Under the pieces are notes generated by a model that made no database searches, was not told the DNA's origin, and saw nothing but the letters and a program-made list of their open reading frames with translations. Position numbers and translations under genes: made by a program. A DNA stretch of 59,345 bases from Saprospiraceae bacterium (GTDB lineage Bacteria; Bacteroidota; Bacteroidia; Chitinophagales; Saprospiraceae), in contig JBEQAD010000002.1 of NCBI GenBank assembly GCA_041640515.1, forward strand, positions 11,131 through 70,475. Reading direction: 5' to 3'. Below, one piece after another: positions 1 to 9,742 of this stretch (the first letter of the stretch is position 1; each line of letters begins with the position of its first letter).

Positions 1-193
1 CGCGTTCGCCGCGGATAACGTATGTTTCAAAGCGCGCCCCATTGTTGTTATTGACGACCTGTACCCGCTCGCCTTCTACGATATTGGCTGCGTCGAGTAG
101 GTCTTCGTCTATAGTGATACTGCCAATGTAGTTCAGGTCAGCTTGCGTAACGCGCACCCGATGGATTTTGCTTTTAAATACCTGAATAAGCAT
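1..193 (-). CDS. panD: aspartate 1-decarboxylase, N-terminal 64 codons (3' part runs off the window)
   Basis: Not in the ORF track because there is no stop in the window. Reverse-strand translation from the ATG at 193 gives [64 protein letters not shown]. This is colinear with E. coli PanD, including the Gly-Ser self-processing site (YIGS vs YEGS). Confidence 0.88.
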   Translation of the reverse strand, partial: MLIQVFKSKIHRVRVTQADLNYIGSITIDEDLLDAANIVEGERVQVVNNNNGARFETYVIRGER

Positions 194-257
194 GATCAAG
201 GCGATTTTTGACCGGCTATTGCAACGTCATGAAGGCGCTAGGGTCACTACCGGCTTG

Positions 258-265
258 CAAAGGTA
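258..265 (-). promoter_or_regulatory. Bacteroidota sigma-A -7 box (TAccTTTG) upstream of panD
   Basis: Plus strand reads caaaggta, which is tacctttg on the minus strand, about 65 nt upstream of the panD ATG. Confidence 0.4.
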
Positions 266-327
266 GGCCTATACAACGTCATTTATTGGGAATGTGGCTC
301 GTCGGCTTTTTCTGAAAGCCGCTGCTC

Positions 328-335
328 TACTTTTG
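328..335 (+). promoter_or_regulatory. -7 box (TActTTTG) upstream of rsmE
   Basis: tacttttg lies about 60 nt upstream of the ATG at 395. Confidence 0.4.
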
Positions 336-394
336 CAAGTGCCCACTGGCAAGGTGCTTTTGCGTGTGCACATTTGATTTGAACGGATAAGGCT

Positions 395-1102
395 ATGCCC
401 GACACTCACTTGTACTACGTCTCCCAACCAACGGGCAACTTAGTGTCCCTGGATGAAGAGGAAAGCCGCCATTTATTGACCGTAATGCGGCACCGCACCG
501 GCGATACGGTGCGGCTGACGGACGGGCAAGGCATGTTCTACGACGCCGAATTGGTGGAGGCGACAAGACGCCAGGCTTTCGTTCGCGTCGTAGCTAGCTA
601 TCCTGCACCCACACCGACAAGCAGACTCCATGTAGCTATTGCACCCACTAAACAAATAGACCGATTTGAATGGTTTCTGGAAAAGGCTACGGAGTTGGGG
701 GTAGGTCGAATTACTCCTCTTCTTTGTCAACGTTCAGAGCGCACGTCCCTTAGGACAGAGCGGCTAGAAAAAATCCTTATCGCAGCTCTGAAGCAATCGC
801 TGCAAGCATGGCTACCTCAACTGCAGCCACTAACGCCACTGGCTGACGTAGTTAGGCAGGCGGTCGAACCTGTGCGTTGCATTGCCTGGTGTAGTCACAC
901 TGTGCGCACTCCTCTGCAGCAGTTACTCCGGCCGGGCGTTGACGCGTTAGTACTCATCGGGCCAGAAGGCGACTTCACATTGGAAGAAGTTGCCTTGGCG
1001 CAGGCCCACGGCTTAGCTGCCGTTAGCCTCGGCACCTCCCGCCTGCGCACCGAAACGGCGGGCTTACTAGCTGCAGCGGCTTACCGTCTGTTATCGGAGT
1101 GA
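395..1102 (+). CDS. rsmE: 16S rRNA (uracil1498-N3)-methyltransferase
   Basis: 235 aa. N-terminal PUA-like region (EESRHLLTVMR, GDTVRLTDGQG) and C-terminal SPOUT region with the GPEGDF motif, typical of the RsmE family. Confidence 0.85.
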   Translation: MPDTHLYYVSQPTGNLVSLDEEESRHLLTVMRHRTGDTVRLTDGQGMFYDAELVEATRRQAFVRVVASYPAPTPTSRLHVAIAPTKQIDRFEWFLEKATELGVGRITPLLCQRSERTSLRTERLEKILIAALKQSLQAWLPQLQPLTPLADVVRQAVEPVRCIAWCSHTVRTPLQQLLRPGVDALVLIGPEGDFTLEEVALAQAHGLAAVSLGTSRLRTETAGLLAAAAYRLLSE

Positions 1103-1194
1103 AGCCAGCGCCCTGCTGCCTACAAGAGCAGGAGAGCAAAATACCCTGACGAAGTAGCACACAAAGCGCAGCCATAACTGCCAAAAAGTCGCTC

Positions 1195-1221
1195 CCATTT
1201 TGACAAAGCGCCATTTTGACA
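1195..1221 (+). repeat. direct repeat ccattttgaca-N5-ccattttgaca upstream of clpB
   Basis: Exact 11-mer at 1195-1205 and 1211-1221 (16-bp period), about 110 nt upstream of the clpB ATG. Confidence 0.6.
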
Positions 1222-1255
1222 TTAAAGTATAGGCTTTACGGGTGTTGGAAGTAAA

Positions 1256-1286
1256 TTTGAAGGGCGGATAACGTATCTAATTTTTG
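1256..1286 (+). promoter_or_regulatory. candidate clpB promoter (TTTG -33 element, 18-nt spacer, near-consensus -7 box AAttTTTG)
   Basis: tttg at 1256-1259 and aatttttg at 1279-1286. The first base deviates from TAnnTTTG. Confidence 0.25.
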
Positions 1287-1330
1287 AACACAAAACCTCA
1301 CCTCCGCGGAGGAGGCCTGAAAACATTGCT

Positions 1331-3964
1331 ATGACTTACGATAATTTCACGATTAAAGCCCAAGAAGCGCTCGCGCAAGCTCAGCAAATTGCTGCCGGCT
1401 ACGAGCAGCAAAATGTGGACACAGCCCACTTGCTCAAAGGCATGCTGGAAGTAGACGAGTCGGTAGTTGGCTTCTTACTGGGTAAAGTAGGCGCCAACCC
1501 CAAGCGCATAGAAGAGCGGCTCAATCAATTGATCTGGGAAATACCTAAAGTAAAAGGTGCTGACAAGCAATACTTGACCCCCGACGCCAACAAGGCCATC
1601 ACCACGGCTAGAGCACTGCTGAAAGAATACGGCGACGAGTACATTTCGCTAGAGATCTTGTTGCTTGGAATTGCCAAAGGCACAGACAAAACCGCCCGCC
1701 TTCTGCGCGAAGAAGGTGCTTCGCCAGAAATCTTGAGTAAGGCCATTCAGGAACTGCGCAAGGGCCGCAAAGTAACCGACCAGAGCACCGAGCAGACATA
1801 CAACGCTCTGCAGAAATACGCCATCAACCTCACTGAGCTGGCCGAAGCGGGCAAATTAGATCCTGTCATTGGACGTGACGAAGAGATTCGGCGTGTGTTG
1901 CACATCCTCAGCCGTCGGAAAAAGAATAACCCCATTTTGATTGGCGACCCCGGCGTGGGTAAAACAGCCATTGTGGAAGGCATTGCCTGGCGTATTGCCC
2001 GCCACGACGTGCCCGAAAACCTGCGCTCCAAACGCATTTTCGCCTTAGACATGGCGGCGCTGATTGCTGGTGCCAAGTACAAGGGCGAGTTCGAAGAACG
2101 CCTGAAAGCCGTAGTCAAAGAAGTTGTCGAGTCTAACGAGCAAGTCATCCTCTTCATTGACGAAATTCACACACTCGTGGGCGCCGGTGGCGGCCAGGGC
2201 GCTATGGATGCAGCCAACATCCTTAAGCCAGCCTTGGCGCGCGGGGAACTGCGCACTATTGGCGCCACGACGCTTGACGAATACCAGAAATACTTCGAAA
2301 GCGACAAAGCCCTGGAACGTCGCTTCCAGTCGGTATTTGTAGATGAACCCAGCGTGGAAGACACGATTTCTATCCTGCGGGGGCTGCGCGAACGCTACGA
2401 AAACTACCACAAGGTGCAAATCCTCGACGAGGCCATCATCGCCGCCGCCGAACTGTCGCACCGCTACATTAGCGAACGCAAACTGCCCGACAAGGCTATT
2501 GACCTCATCGACGAGGCCGCTGCTAAACTGCGCTTAGAGCTGGACTCTGTGCCAGAAGAGGTGGACGAACTCGACCGCAAATTGCGTCAACTCGAAATTG
2601 AGCGGGAAGCCATCAAGCGCGAAAAAGACGAGCGCAAATTAGAGGCGCTAACTAAGCAAATCGAAGACTTGCGCGAAAAACTCGACACCCTGCGCAGCAG
2701 ATGGCAACAAGAGCGCGAAATAGCCGAGGCCATTCAAGCCAGCAAACAGAAACTGGAAGACTTACAACTGCAGTATCAACGCGCTGAGCGAGAGGGAAAC
2801 TTCGAGTTGGCTTCGCGCATCAAATACAGTGAAATACCCGCTCAAGAAGCTGCGCTGAAGGCCGCTGAAACCAAACTGGCCGAGCTTTCGCCCGAAAACC
2901 GCATGACCAACCAGGCTGTCACTGCTAACGACATCGCCGAAGTTGTAGCGCGCTGGACGGGCATCCCGGTAGCCAAGATGCTTCGCGGGGAAAAGGAGCG
3001 CCTCTTGCACTTAGAAGACGAACTGCACAAACGCGTTGTAGGCCAAAATGAAGCAGTAGCAGCCGTAGCCGACGCCATCCGGCGCAGCCGCGCCGGACTG
3101 AGCGACCCAGATAAGCCTATTGGGTCCTTCATTTTCTGTGGCCCTACAGGAGTAGGTAAAACAGAATTGGCTAAAGCCCTGGCCGATGTGCTCTTCGACG
3201 ACGAGCGCGCTATCGTGCGCATCGACATGAGCGAATACCAGGAGCGCCACAGCGTGTCGCGCCTGGTAGGCGCACCGCCAGGCTACGTCGGCTACGATGA
3301 AGGTGGTCAACTGACGGAAGCCGTGCGCCGTCGGCCCTACACCATCGTACTGCTGGATGAAATCGAGAAGGCTCACCCCGACGTTTTTAACATCCTGCTG
3401 CAAGTACTCGACGATGGCCGCCTGACCGACAACAAAGGCCGAACAGCGAACTTTAAAAACACCATTATCATCATGACGTCCAACTTGGCCAGCGACCGCA
3501 TCCAGCAAGTATTTGAGGACTATAGCGACCTAAATGCCGCTTATCAGCGCGCTAAACAAGAAGTGATGGACGCCCTGAAGCAGAATTTACGGCCTGAATT
3601 CCTTAACCGTATTGACGAAGTGATCGTGTTCCATCCGCTGCTCAAGAGCCAAGTGCGCGCCATCCTCGATATCCTGCTTAAGGACATCCGCGAAATGCTG
3701 GCCCGCCAAGAGTTGAACGTCGAACTGACGCCGTCAGCAGCGCAGTGGCTGGTAGAGCAGGGCTTCGACCCGCAATATGGTGCTCGCCCGCTCAAGCGCA
3801 CTGTACAGCGAGAGTTTGTCAACGAGCTGGCTAAGCACTTGCTAGCAGGCAATTACGTCAAAGGCGACACGGTCTTAGTAGACGCTGATGGCGCCGGTTT
3901 GGTATTTGGCCGTCGCTGGGTGATGGATGGCAAGGAAGTTACCACGGCACATCTGGAAGTGTAA
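1331..3964 (+). CDS. clpB: ATP-dependent chaperone / disaggregase ClpB
   Basis: 877 aa. Two AAA+ modules with Walker A motifs GDPGVGKT and GPTGVGKT, a long coiled-coil middle domain and a Clp N-domain. Confidence 0.97.
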   Translation: MTYDNFTIKAQEALAQAQQIAAGYEQQNVDTAHLLKGMLEVDESVVGFLLGKVGANPKRIEERLNQLIWEIPKVKGADKQYLTPDANKAITTARALLKEYGDEYISLEILLLGIAKGTDKTARLLREEGASPEILSKAIQELRKGRKVTDQSTEQTYNALQKYAINLTELAEAGKLDPVIGRDEEIRRVLHILSRRKKNNPILIGDPGVGKTAIVEGIAWRIARHDVPENLRSKRIFALDMAALIAGAKYKGEFEERLKAVVKEVVESNEQVILFIDEIHTLVGAGGGQGAMDAANILKPALARGELRTIGATTLDEYQKYFESDKALERRFQSVFVDEPSVEDTISILRGLRERYENYHKVQILDEAIIAAAELSHRYISERKLPDKAIDLIDEAAAKLRLELDSVPEEVDELDRKLRQLEIEREAIKREKDERKLEALTKQIEDLREKLDTLRSRWQQEREIAEAIQASKQKLEDLQLQYQRAEREGNFELASRIKYSEIPAQEAALKAAETKLAELSPENRMTNQAVTANDIAEVVARWTGIPVAKMLRGEKERLLHLEDELHKRVVGQNEAVAAVADAIRRSRAGLSDPDKPIGSFIFCGPTGVGKTELAKALADVLFDDERAIVRIDMSEYQERHSVSRLVGAPPGYVGYDEGGQLTEAVRRRPYTIVLLDEIEKAHPDVFNILLQVLDDGRLTDNKGRTANFKNTIIIMTSNLASDRIQQVFEDYSDLNAAYQRAKQEVMDALKQNLRPEFLNRIDEVIVFHPLLKSQVRAILDILLKDIREMLARQELNVELTPSAAQWLVEQGFDPQYGARPLKRTVQREFVNELAKHLLAGNYVKGDTVLVDADGAGLVFGRRWVMDGKEVTTAHLEV

Positions 3965-3981
3965 ACCAACAACAATACACC

Positions 3982-4022
3982 AAAGCCCCCTACGGAGCAG
4001 CTGCCCTGTGGGGGCTTTTTTT
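3982..4022. terminator. intrinsic terminator between convergent clpB and the phosphatase gene
   Basis: agccccc (3984-3990) pairs with gggggct (4010-4016). It is followed by a T-run (4016-4022) and preceded by AAA. Confidence 0.7.
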
Positions 4023-4039
4023 ACTGCTCACGGAAGCGT

Positions 4040-4510
4040 TTACAGCCCGGCCTTGCGGCGATGCTCAGCAATCAGCCCATCGCAAGCCGCCTCAATAAGC
4101 CGGAAGACCGACTCAAATCCATCAGCATCACCATAGTAAGGGTCAGGCACCTCGCGCCCCTCACTGGGATAAAGCACGTCGAGCAATAGCCGCACCTTTT
4201 GGCGATGCCTCTGGTACGGAGCCAAACGCAGTACGTCGCGAAGGTTTCGCTTATCCATGACGAAGATATCGTCAAAACGTTCGAAGTCTTCAGGCTTAAA
4301 CTGCCGCGCACGCTGATCGGTGATATCAATACCGAAGCGCTGCGCCACAGCAATAGAGCGCACATCGGGCAACTCTCCCACATGCCAGGCGTCAGTGCCA
4401 GCACTGTCCACTATCCAATCTAACCCGTGCTGACGGACTTTATACTTGAGAATACCTTCCGCTAAAGGACTACGGCAAATATTGCCGCGGCAAACCATGA
4501 GGATGCGCAT
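4040..4510 (-). CDS. low-molecular-weight protein-tyrosine phosphatase
   Basis: 156 aa. P-loop MVCRGNICRSP (CX5R-S) at the N-terminus and an Asp loop VPDPYYG. Confidence 0.9.
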   Translation of the reverse strand: MRILMVCRGNICRSPLAEGILKYKVRQHGLDWIVDSAGTDAWHVGELPDVRSIAVAQRFGIDITDQRARQFKPEDFERFDDIFVMDKRNLRDVLRLAPYQRHRQKVRLLLDVLYPSEGREVPDPYYGDADGFESVFRLIEAACDGLIAEHRRKAGL

Positions 4511-5514
4511 TAGAAAATCGTGCTGTATTTGAGCATAAAGGCCCCCGTCAGCTGCGTAGCTGGAGCTTCGCGATCTCCCTGGTCACCATAAATGCGGTTT
4601 TTATTGGCATCAATGATCATTTTCAAGTTGGGGTCGTAGAAAGCTTCACCCAACAAGTCGAGCGACAAACCTTTGAAGAGCTGAATGCTGAAGTTGTTGG
4701 AAAAGAGCACCACCAGGTTTTGTGGCTCTTTGAGGTAGTTGGAGAACAAGCGCAGCGAGCTACTCACGGAAAGGCGGTTGTTGAAATACTTGTTTTCGTA
4801 GCGGCCTACCAGCTCCGAGCCCATGCCGAGGAAGTAGTTATTGTACTCGATAACGTTGCCCTGAGCATCTTTTGTGACCTCATTGCCGTGAATGTCTAAG
4901 ACGGCCAGCGAGTCGTCACTAACATAAATAAGGCGCACAGCCACCGGCGAGTATTGGAGGCTGAGATGAGAGTTGGGTTTGTATGTAATACCTGGCGAGA
5001 ACTGCACGATGAGCGGCGATAAGAAGTCGGCCACAATGCGGTCGGGCCTGTTATCAATAACCGTAGGGCGAAGGAAATTGCTCCGATACGTTTGGAGGAG
5101 TTGCGACTGGGCGAGCAGGTCAGCCGAGACAAACCACTTATTGGCTGCGTCCACTTTATAGCCATAGGTAGAGGTCAGCCGTAGGACATCCAGGTTTTTC
5201 AGAAATCCAGACGGCTGGGTTGGCGATGTGCGTCCTTGCTGTTGCAAGGCCAGTTGCAGCATAAGTTGGTTTTTCCAAAATGATCGCTCCGATAAGCGGC
5301 TAACAGCCAAGGTGCCTATACCGCCAACGGTTAGGCGACTGGTGCCTGCACCGACGCGCGGGTTAATGATGCCTAAGCCGCTAAGGTCGAAGCCCAAGCT
5401 CCCGCCGAAACGCCAGAGGGTATCCTTATGAGCAGCAGCAGTAGCGTTATCTTGCGCCGAAAGTGTGGTGGCCAGCGTGCTTGCGAAAGCAAAAAAGAAA
5501 GTTAAAATGCGCAT
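4510..5514 (-). CDS. secreted outer-membrane beta-barrel-like protein (DUF3078-like)
   Basis: 334 aa. Signal peptide MRILTFFFAFASTLATTLSAQ, alternating beta-strand pattern and a C-terminal Phe. Its TAA stop overlaps the ATG of the phosphatase gene by 1 nt (TAATG). The family name is from memory. Confidence 0.6.
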   Translation of the reverse strand: MRILTFFFAFASTLATTLSAQDNATAAAHKDTLWRFGGSLGFDLSGLGIINPRVGAGTSRLTVGGIGTLAVSRLSERSFWKNQLMLQLALQQQGRTSPTQPSGFLKNLDVLRLTSTYGYKVDAANKWFVSADLLAQSQLLQTYRSNFLRPTVIDNRPDRIVADFLSPLIVQFSPGITYKPNSHLSLQYSPVAVRLIYVSDDSLAVLDIHGNEVTKDAQGNVIEYNNYFLGMGSELVGRYENKYFNNRLSVSSSLRLFSNYLKEPQNLVVLFSNNFSIQLFKGLSLDLLGEAFYDPNLKMIIDANKNRIYGDQGDREAPATQLTGAFMLKYSTIF

Positions 5515-5543
5515 GATCCTGGATATGGGTTTTGTTTGTTGAG

Positions 5544-6416
5544 TTACGACTCCGCAGTCTCTGGCGGTAGCAAGTGGTCATCCTGACCATCGGGGTAAAA
5601 AATTTCCACTTCTTCGGTCATCATCTTGCTCATGGGCACAATGATAGCGCGTTCGGGCGTCTGCAGAATGAGCGAGGTCGCATCTATATGCACCACCCTG
5701 CCGCGCACGCCAGCAATACGCACGTCCTGCCCCACTTGCACTTTGTCGCGGTTGTAATGGCTCGCGATGTAATTCGCCACCAGGTCCCGGGCGGCCAGGC
5801 CATAACCCACTGCAAAAGCCAAAGCCAGAGCACCTACTATGACCGTCAAATTAGAAGCAATGAAGCCTGTGTTGATTTTGGCTTGCGCCAAAGCGCTGAC
5901 TGCCACCGTAATGAACAAGAAATAGAACACCACCGTCCCTATCAGCCGCGCTGAAGGGATACCCATGCTCTGACAGGCCCCCTGGACAACACCACGGATC
6001 ATGTCCGACAGAAAAAGCCCAAGCAGGAAGAGCACCAGAGCCGAGAAAAGCGCAGGTAAATAGTCAATCAGATCGCGCACCATGTCGGTAATGGCCGGAA
6101 CACCGAGAATATCGGTAGCGAAGATGATAAAGGCCAACATAAGCAGATAAAAAATCATCTGCCCCGCCACTGCCGACAGCGCAATGCGCACACCCGTGCG
6201 CTGTACTAAGTCAATATCATTAAGCCGCTCGGCCAGTCGGTCAATGCCTGCTAACGCTAACACGCGGCGGACAATTCGCCGAAAAAAACCTGCAATGACA
6301 CGACCCAACACTAAGATGAGCAGAGCAAAGAGGATTTTGGGCGCAGCCTCAGAAAAGCGGTTCACCAATTCGGTAAACACACCGTCTTTAATTTTTTCCC
6401 AAAAATCTCGGAACAT
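5544..6416 (-). CDS. mechanosensitive ion channel family protein (conserved TM-helix repeats plus beta domain)
   Basis: Several TM helices, then a C-terminal beta domain VQVGQDVRIAGVRGRVVHIDATSLILQTP. I chose the ATG at 6416 (MFRDFW...). The TTG at 6428 given by the track lies inside a near-consensus -7 box (cacctttg, 6433-6426). Confidence 0.75.
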   Translation of the reverse strand: MFRDFWEKIKDGVFTELVNRFSEAAPKILFALLILVLGRVIAGFFRRIVRRVLALAGIDRLAERLNDIDLVQRTGVRIALSAVAGQMIFYLLMLAFIIFATDILGVPAITDMVRDLIDYLPALFSALVLFLLGLFLSDMIRGVVQGACQSMGIPSARLIGTVVFYFLFITVAVSALAQAKINTGFIASNLTVIVGALALAFAVGYGLAARDLVANYIASHYNRDKVQVGQDVRIAGVRGRVVHIDATSLILQTPERAIIVPMSKMMTEEVEIFYPDGQDDHLLPPETAES

Positions 6417-6466
6417 AAGAGCAGGCAAAGGTGAAGAATGAACGAGGAGTAAAAATGGTTTTCATC

Positions 6467-6724
6467 TCAAAACCGACCAGGCGGCTGACGCCAGTCCAAT
6501 GGTAGGTCGTTGCCCCTGCTCGAAGGGAGACCGTGGCATGCCTCCGGCGCATGACCACCCAACAGATGGGCCGCCATGCGCAGCGCACAGGGCAGAAAGA
6601 TGTCGGCCACGCGGCCCGCGGCCGTAGCGTTGCGCACCTGGCTGCATACCTGAAACTCCACATCCGGTGGCAACTGCGCCATCCACTCGTTTTCCAATCT
6701 CTTGAAGGCGTTGAAATTATTCAT
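6467..6724 (-). CDS. small hypothetical protein immediately downstream of the ECF sigma gene
   Basis: 85-aa ORF starting 26 nt after the sigma stop. The first ~55 aa look protein-like (MNNFNAFKRLENEWMAQLPPDVEF...). The C-terminal third is low quality, and two other ORFs overlap it in this GC-rich stretch. Confidence 0.35.
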   Translation of the reverse strand: MNNFNAFKRLENEWMAQLPPDVEFQVCSQVRNATAAGRVADIFLPCALRMAAHLLGGHAPEACHGLPSSRGNDLPLDWRQPPGRF

Positions 6725-6749
6725 AATCTATTAAATCGGTTGGGAAAAT

Positions 6750-7352
6750 TTAGGACTCGAGGGGGTCGTGGCCGTACAGCTGTTCATACACCTGCTGGGC
6801 ACGGTGCTTGGCCCGCATGATTTGCATCTTGATGGCGCTCTCCGTTTTCTTAAAAAATTCAGCCATTTCCTTAATGGGCATGTCGTCCAGGTATTTCATC
6901 AGCAGCACAATGCGATCGCTCTCGTTCAAGTGGCGGAGCACCACTTCGAGGCGCTCCTGCTTCATCTCCAACAAAACGCTATCAGGTACTTCTGGCACTG
7001 GCTCGTCGCTCACACGGCCTACATCTTCAGCGATCGACACCGGCATCTTTTTCTTGCGTCGGATAAGGTCAATACAATAGTTGTACGTAATTGAATACAG
7101 CCAAGTGGAAAACGCAGACTTTTCGTTAAAACGCGAAAGATTCAGAAAGACTTTGATGAAAATATCTTGAACAGCATCTCGAGCTTGGGCTTCGTCGGCC
7201 AGCATGGAAAGGCATTTGGCATACACCTTACCCGCATAGCGCCGATATAGCAGCGCGAAATAGTGCGGATTTTGCTCGGCCAGAAAGCGAGCAATTAGCT
7301 CAGCATCCAAGGGCTGCGCACCAGTGGGAGATGGCGAGACTGCTTCCGTCAA
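6750..7352 (-). CDS. ECF-type RNA polymerase sigma-70 factor
   Basis: Region 2 (DAVQDIFIKVFLNLSRF, STWLYSITYNYCIDLIRRKK) and region 4 (ESDRIVLLMKYLDDMPIKEMAEFF...AIKMQIMRAK). The start is uncertain. TTG at 7352 gives 200 aa. Alternatives are ATG at 7457 and TTG at 7493 (track). Confidence 0.85.
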   Translation of the reverse strand: MTEAVSPSPTGAQPLDAELIARFLAEQNPHYFALLYRRYAGKVYAKCLSMLADEAQARDAVQDIFIKVFLNLSRFNEKSAFSTWLYSITYNYCIDLIRRKKKMPVSIAEDVGRVSDEPVPEVPDSVLLEMKQERLEVVLRHLNESDRIVLLMKYLDDMPIKEMAEFFKKTESAIKMQIMRAKHRAQQVYEQLYGHDPLES

Positions 7353-7523
7353 GAGTGAGGCGAGAAGGTTTGTCGGTGAACGATGCCAGACTGTTTTCAA
7401 GTACAAAGAGAAGAAAAAGGTCTGAAATGGCGCAGCCTTTGCCGACAAACCACTCATGAGACGGCAAAACGGCAGCAGGTCACCTATCGGCAAAGCGCTC
7501 TTTGCAGAAAAGCAAAGTCAGCC

Positions 7524-7531
7524 TACCTTTG
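7524..7531 (+). promoter_or_regulatory. -7 box (TAccTTTG) upstream of pcm
   Basis: tacctttg lies 40 nt upstream of the ATG at 7571 and inside the 5'-extended track ORF (7502). Confidence 0.45.
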
Positions 7532-7570
7532 GAACATTCTGTCGAGCTTTTAGGCGCTCGAAAGAACAAG

Positions 7571-8227
7571 ATGAAAGACACGTATCGGCACAAGGGTCTG
7601 CGCAAGCGCATGGTAGACGCGTTGCGGCAACGCGGCATCTCGGACGAAACGGTACTGGCTGCTATGATGGCTGTACCGAGACACTTTTTCTTGGACAAAG
7701 CGTTTGAAGAGCATGCTTACGAGGACAAGCCCTTCCCTATTGGCCAAAAACAAACCATCTCACAGCCGTTCACGGTAGCCTACATGACGATGTTACTCAG
7801 CGTAAAGCCCAATAACCGCATTCTTGAAATAGGTACAGGGTCAGGATATCAGGCAGCCATTTTAGCGGCTCTAGGCGCGCAGGTGTACACCTTAGAGCGC
7901 CAAGAAGCCCTTTACCTGCGCGCCAAGGCCTTGCTGGCCGAGTTGGGCATTCGAAACGTGCGCTGCTTTCTGCGCGACGGGTTTGGCGGCTTACCCGAAT
8001 ACGCTCCTTACGACGGCATCTTGGTAACTGCAGGCGCTCCTACGGTGCCCGAGCCACTTCGCCAACAGTTAGCGCTAGGAGGGCGGCTGGTTATTCCAGT
8101 AGGAGAAGAAGTGCAATACATGCATCGCTTCACCCGGCTCTCAGAGACCGAGTACCGCGACGAAGTGTTCGAGGCTTTCCGTTTTGTACCTTTTTTAGAA
8201 GGCATTCACAAAAAAAACGAAGAGTGA
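7571..8227 (+). CDS. pcm: protein-L-isoaspartate O-methyltransferase
   Basis: MKDTYRHKGLRKRMV... N-terminus, SQPFTVAYM motif and SAM-binding ILEIGTGSGYQAA. Confidence 0.9.
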   Translation: MKDTYRHKGLRKRMVDALRQRGISDETVLAAMMAVPRHFFLDKAFEEHAYEDKPFPIGQKQTISQPFTVAYMTMLLSVKPNNRILEIGTGSGYQAAILAALGAQVYTLERQEALYLRAKALLAELGIRNVRCFLRDGFGGLPEYAPYDGILVTAGAPTVPEPLRQQLALGGRLVIPVGEEVQYMHRFTRLSETEYRDEVFEAFRFVPFLEGIHKKNEE

Positions 8228-9516
8228 AACAACGCTACCTGTTAACGCTCGCAGGGCTCCTGCTGGAAGTGCCCTTAATTCTAGCCCAAACGCGCTATGT
8301 GCACTGTGGCCGCCTACTAACCATGAATGACGAGCGTGTGCAAGAGAAAATGACTGTGGTGGTCCAAGGCGACACTATCGCGCGCGTGGAAGCGGGGTAC
8401 TTAAGCGCCCCGGCAGGCGTTCAGATAGTAGACTGGCGCGACTACACGGTACTGCCTGGCCTCATTGATTGCCATGTCCACATAGAGTGGGAGCAGAGCC
8501 GCTCGTCTTACACCGATGTTTATAAGCTCAACGACACCGACTCGGCTATTCGCGGCGTCGTTTACGCCGAGCGGACCTTGCGGGCAGGGTTCACTACTGT
8601 ACGCGACTTGGGTGGAGGCGGCGCCAATATTGCCGTGCGCAATGCCATCCGGCAAGGCTGGGTACCTGGACCGCGTGTGCTGACGGCAGGCAAAGCCATC
8701 AGCATCACCGGCGGGCATGGCGACCATACGACCGGCTCGCGCTTCGACCTGTTTGACCCTCCGCCTGGCTTTACCGAAGGTATTGCTGATGGCCCCGATG
8801 CTTGCCGCGCTGCCGTACGCCACCAGGCGCGTCGCGGAGCCGACCTCATCAAAGTAACCGCTACTGGTGGAGTGCTCAGCTTAGCTCGAGACGGCCTCTT
8901 ACCCCATTACGCCGAAGACGAACTAGTGGCCATTGTACGTACAGCCCAAGACCTCGGCCTCCGCGTAGCAGCCCATGCGCACGGCGACGAAGGAGCGCGC
9001 CGGGCTATCGCTGCTGGGGTGCACAGCATCGAGCATGGCACGTTCATGAGCGACCAAACGCTGCAAATGATGCGCAACGCGGGCACTTGGTATGTGCCAA
9101 CGCTTACAGCCGGTTGGGCCGTGAACGATAGCGCCCTGCATGCCTCAGGGTTCTTTCCAGAGGAAGTGCGCATAAAAGCGCTTGGTATTGGCTCTAAAAT
9201 CACCGAGACCTTGAGGCGTGCTTATCAACAAGGAGTGAAAATCGCCTTTGGTTCTGACGCGGGAGTCTTTCCTCACGGTAAAAATGCGCTTGAATTCCAT
9301 TACATGGCCCAGGCTGGCGTAAAGCCGTGGGATATTCTCCGCTCGGCTACGGTTAATGCCGCCGAGCTATTGGGCTTAGAAAAATACATTGGGCGCATTG
9401 CTCCTGGTTATGCTGCCGATCTGGTGGCCGTGCGCAGCAATCCTCTTGAAAATATCCGCACCTTAGAGCACGTGGTAGCAGTCATGCGAGCCGGCCGGCT
9501 TTTTGTCAACGAATAA
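8224..9516 (+). CDS. secreted metal-dependent amidohydrolase family protein
   Basis: 430 aa. Signal peptide, HVHIEW (HxH) metal motif and later His/Asp ligands. The GTG start overlaps the pcm TGA (GTGA). Confidence 0.85.
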   Translation: MKQRYLLTLAGLLLEVPLILAQTRYVHCGRLLTMNDERVQEKMTVVVQGDTIARVEAGYLSAPAGVQIVDWRDYTVLPGLIDCHVHIEWEQSRSSYTDVYKLNDTDSAIRGVVYAERTLRAGFTTVRDLGGGGANIAVRNAIRQGWVPGPRVLTAGKAISITGGHGDHTTGSRFDLFDPPPGFTEGIADGPDACRAAVRHQARRGADLIKVTATGGVLSLARDGLLPHYAEDELVAIVRTAQDLGLRVAAHAHGDEGARRAIAAGVHSIEHGTFMSDQTLQMMRNAGTWYVPTLTAGWAVNDSALHASGFFPEEVRIKALGIGSKITETLRRAYQQGVKIAFGSDAGVFPHGKNALEFHYMAQAGVKPWDILRSATVNAAELLGLEKYIGRIAPGYAADLVAVRSNPLENIRTLEHVVAVMRAGRLFVNE

Positions 9517-9533
9517 CTCCTTAGAGAGCACAT

Positions 9534-9578
9534 AAAAAAAGCCGAGCGACCTGGCAACAGGCGGTCTCGGCTTTTTTA
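9534..9578. terminator. bidirectional intrinsic terminator
   Basis: aaaaaaa-gccgag...ctcggc-tttttt (arms at 9541-9546 and 9566-9571). It serves the amidohydrolase gene (+) and lies about 165 nt downstream of the nrdA stop (-). Confidence 0.7.
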
Positions 9579-9742
9579 CGTGTTTATCGGTGTGACGGCA
9601 CCCGAAGCAGACGGCAGCCTTATGGTAGGAAAACAGGAAGGGCACTGCAGGACAGTTATGCCACTTCGCGGAGGGACATTGCTGCACGCACTTGCCTCGG
9701 GGCCGCACATCCGAATGGCTCTGGCTTTGGCTTCCGCCGAAC

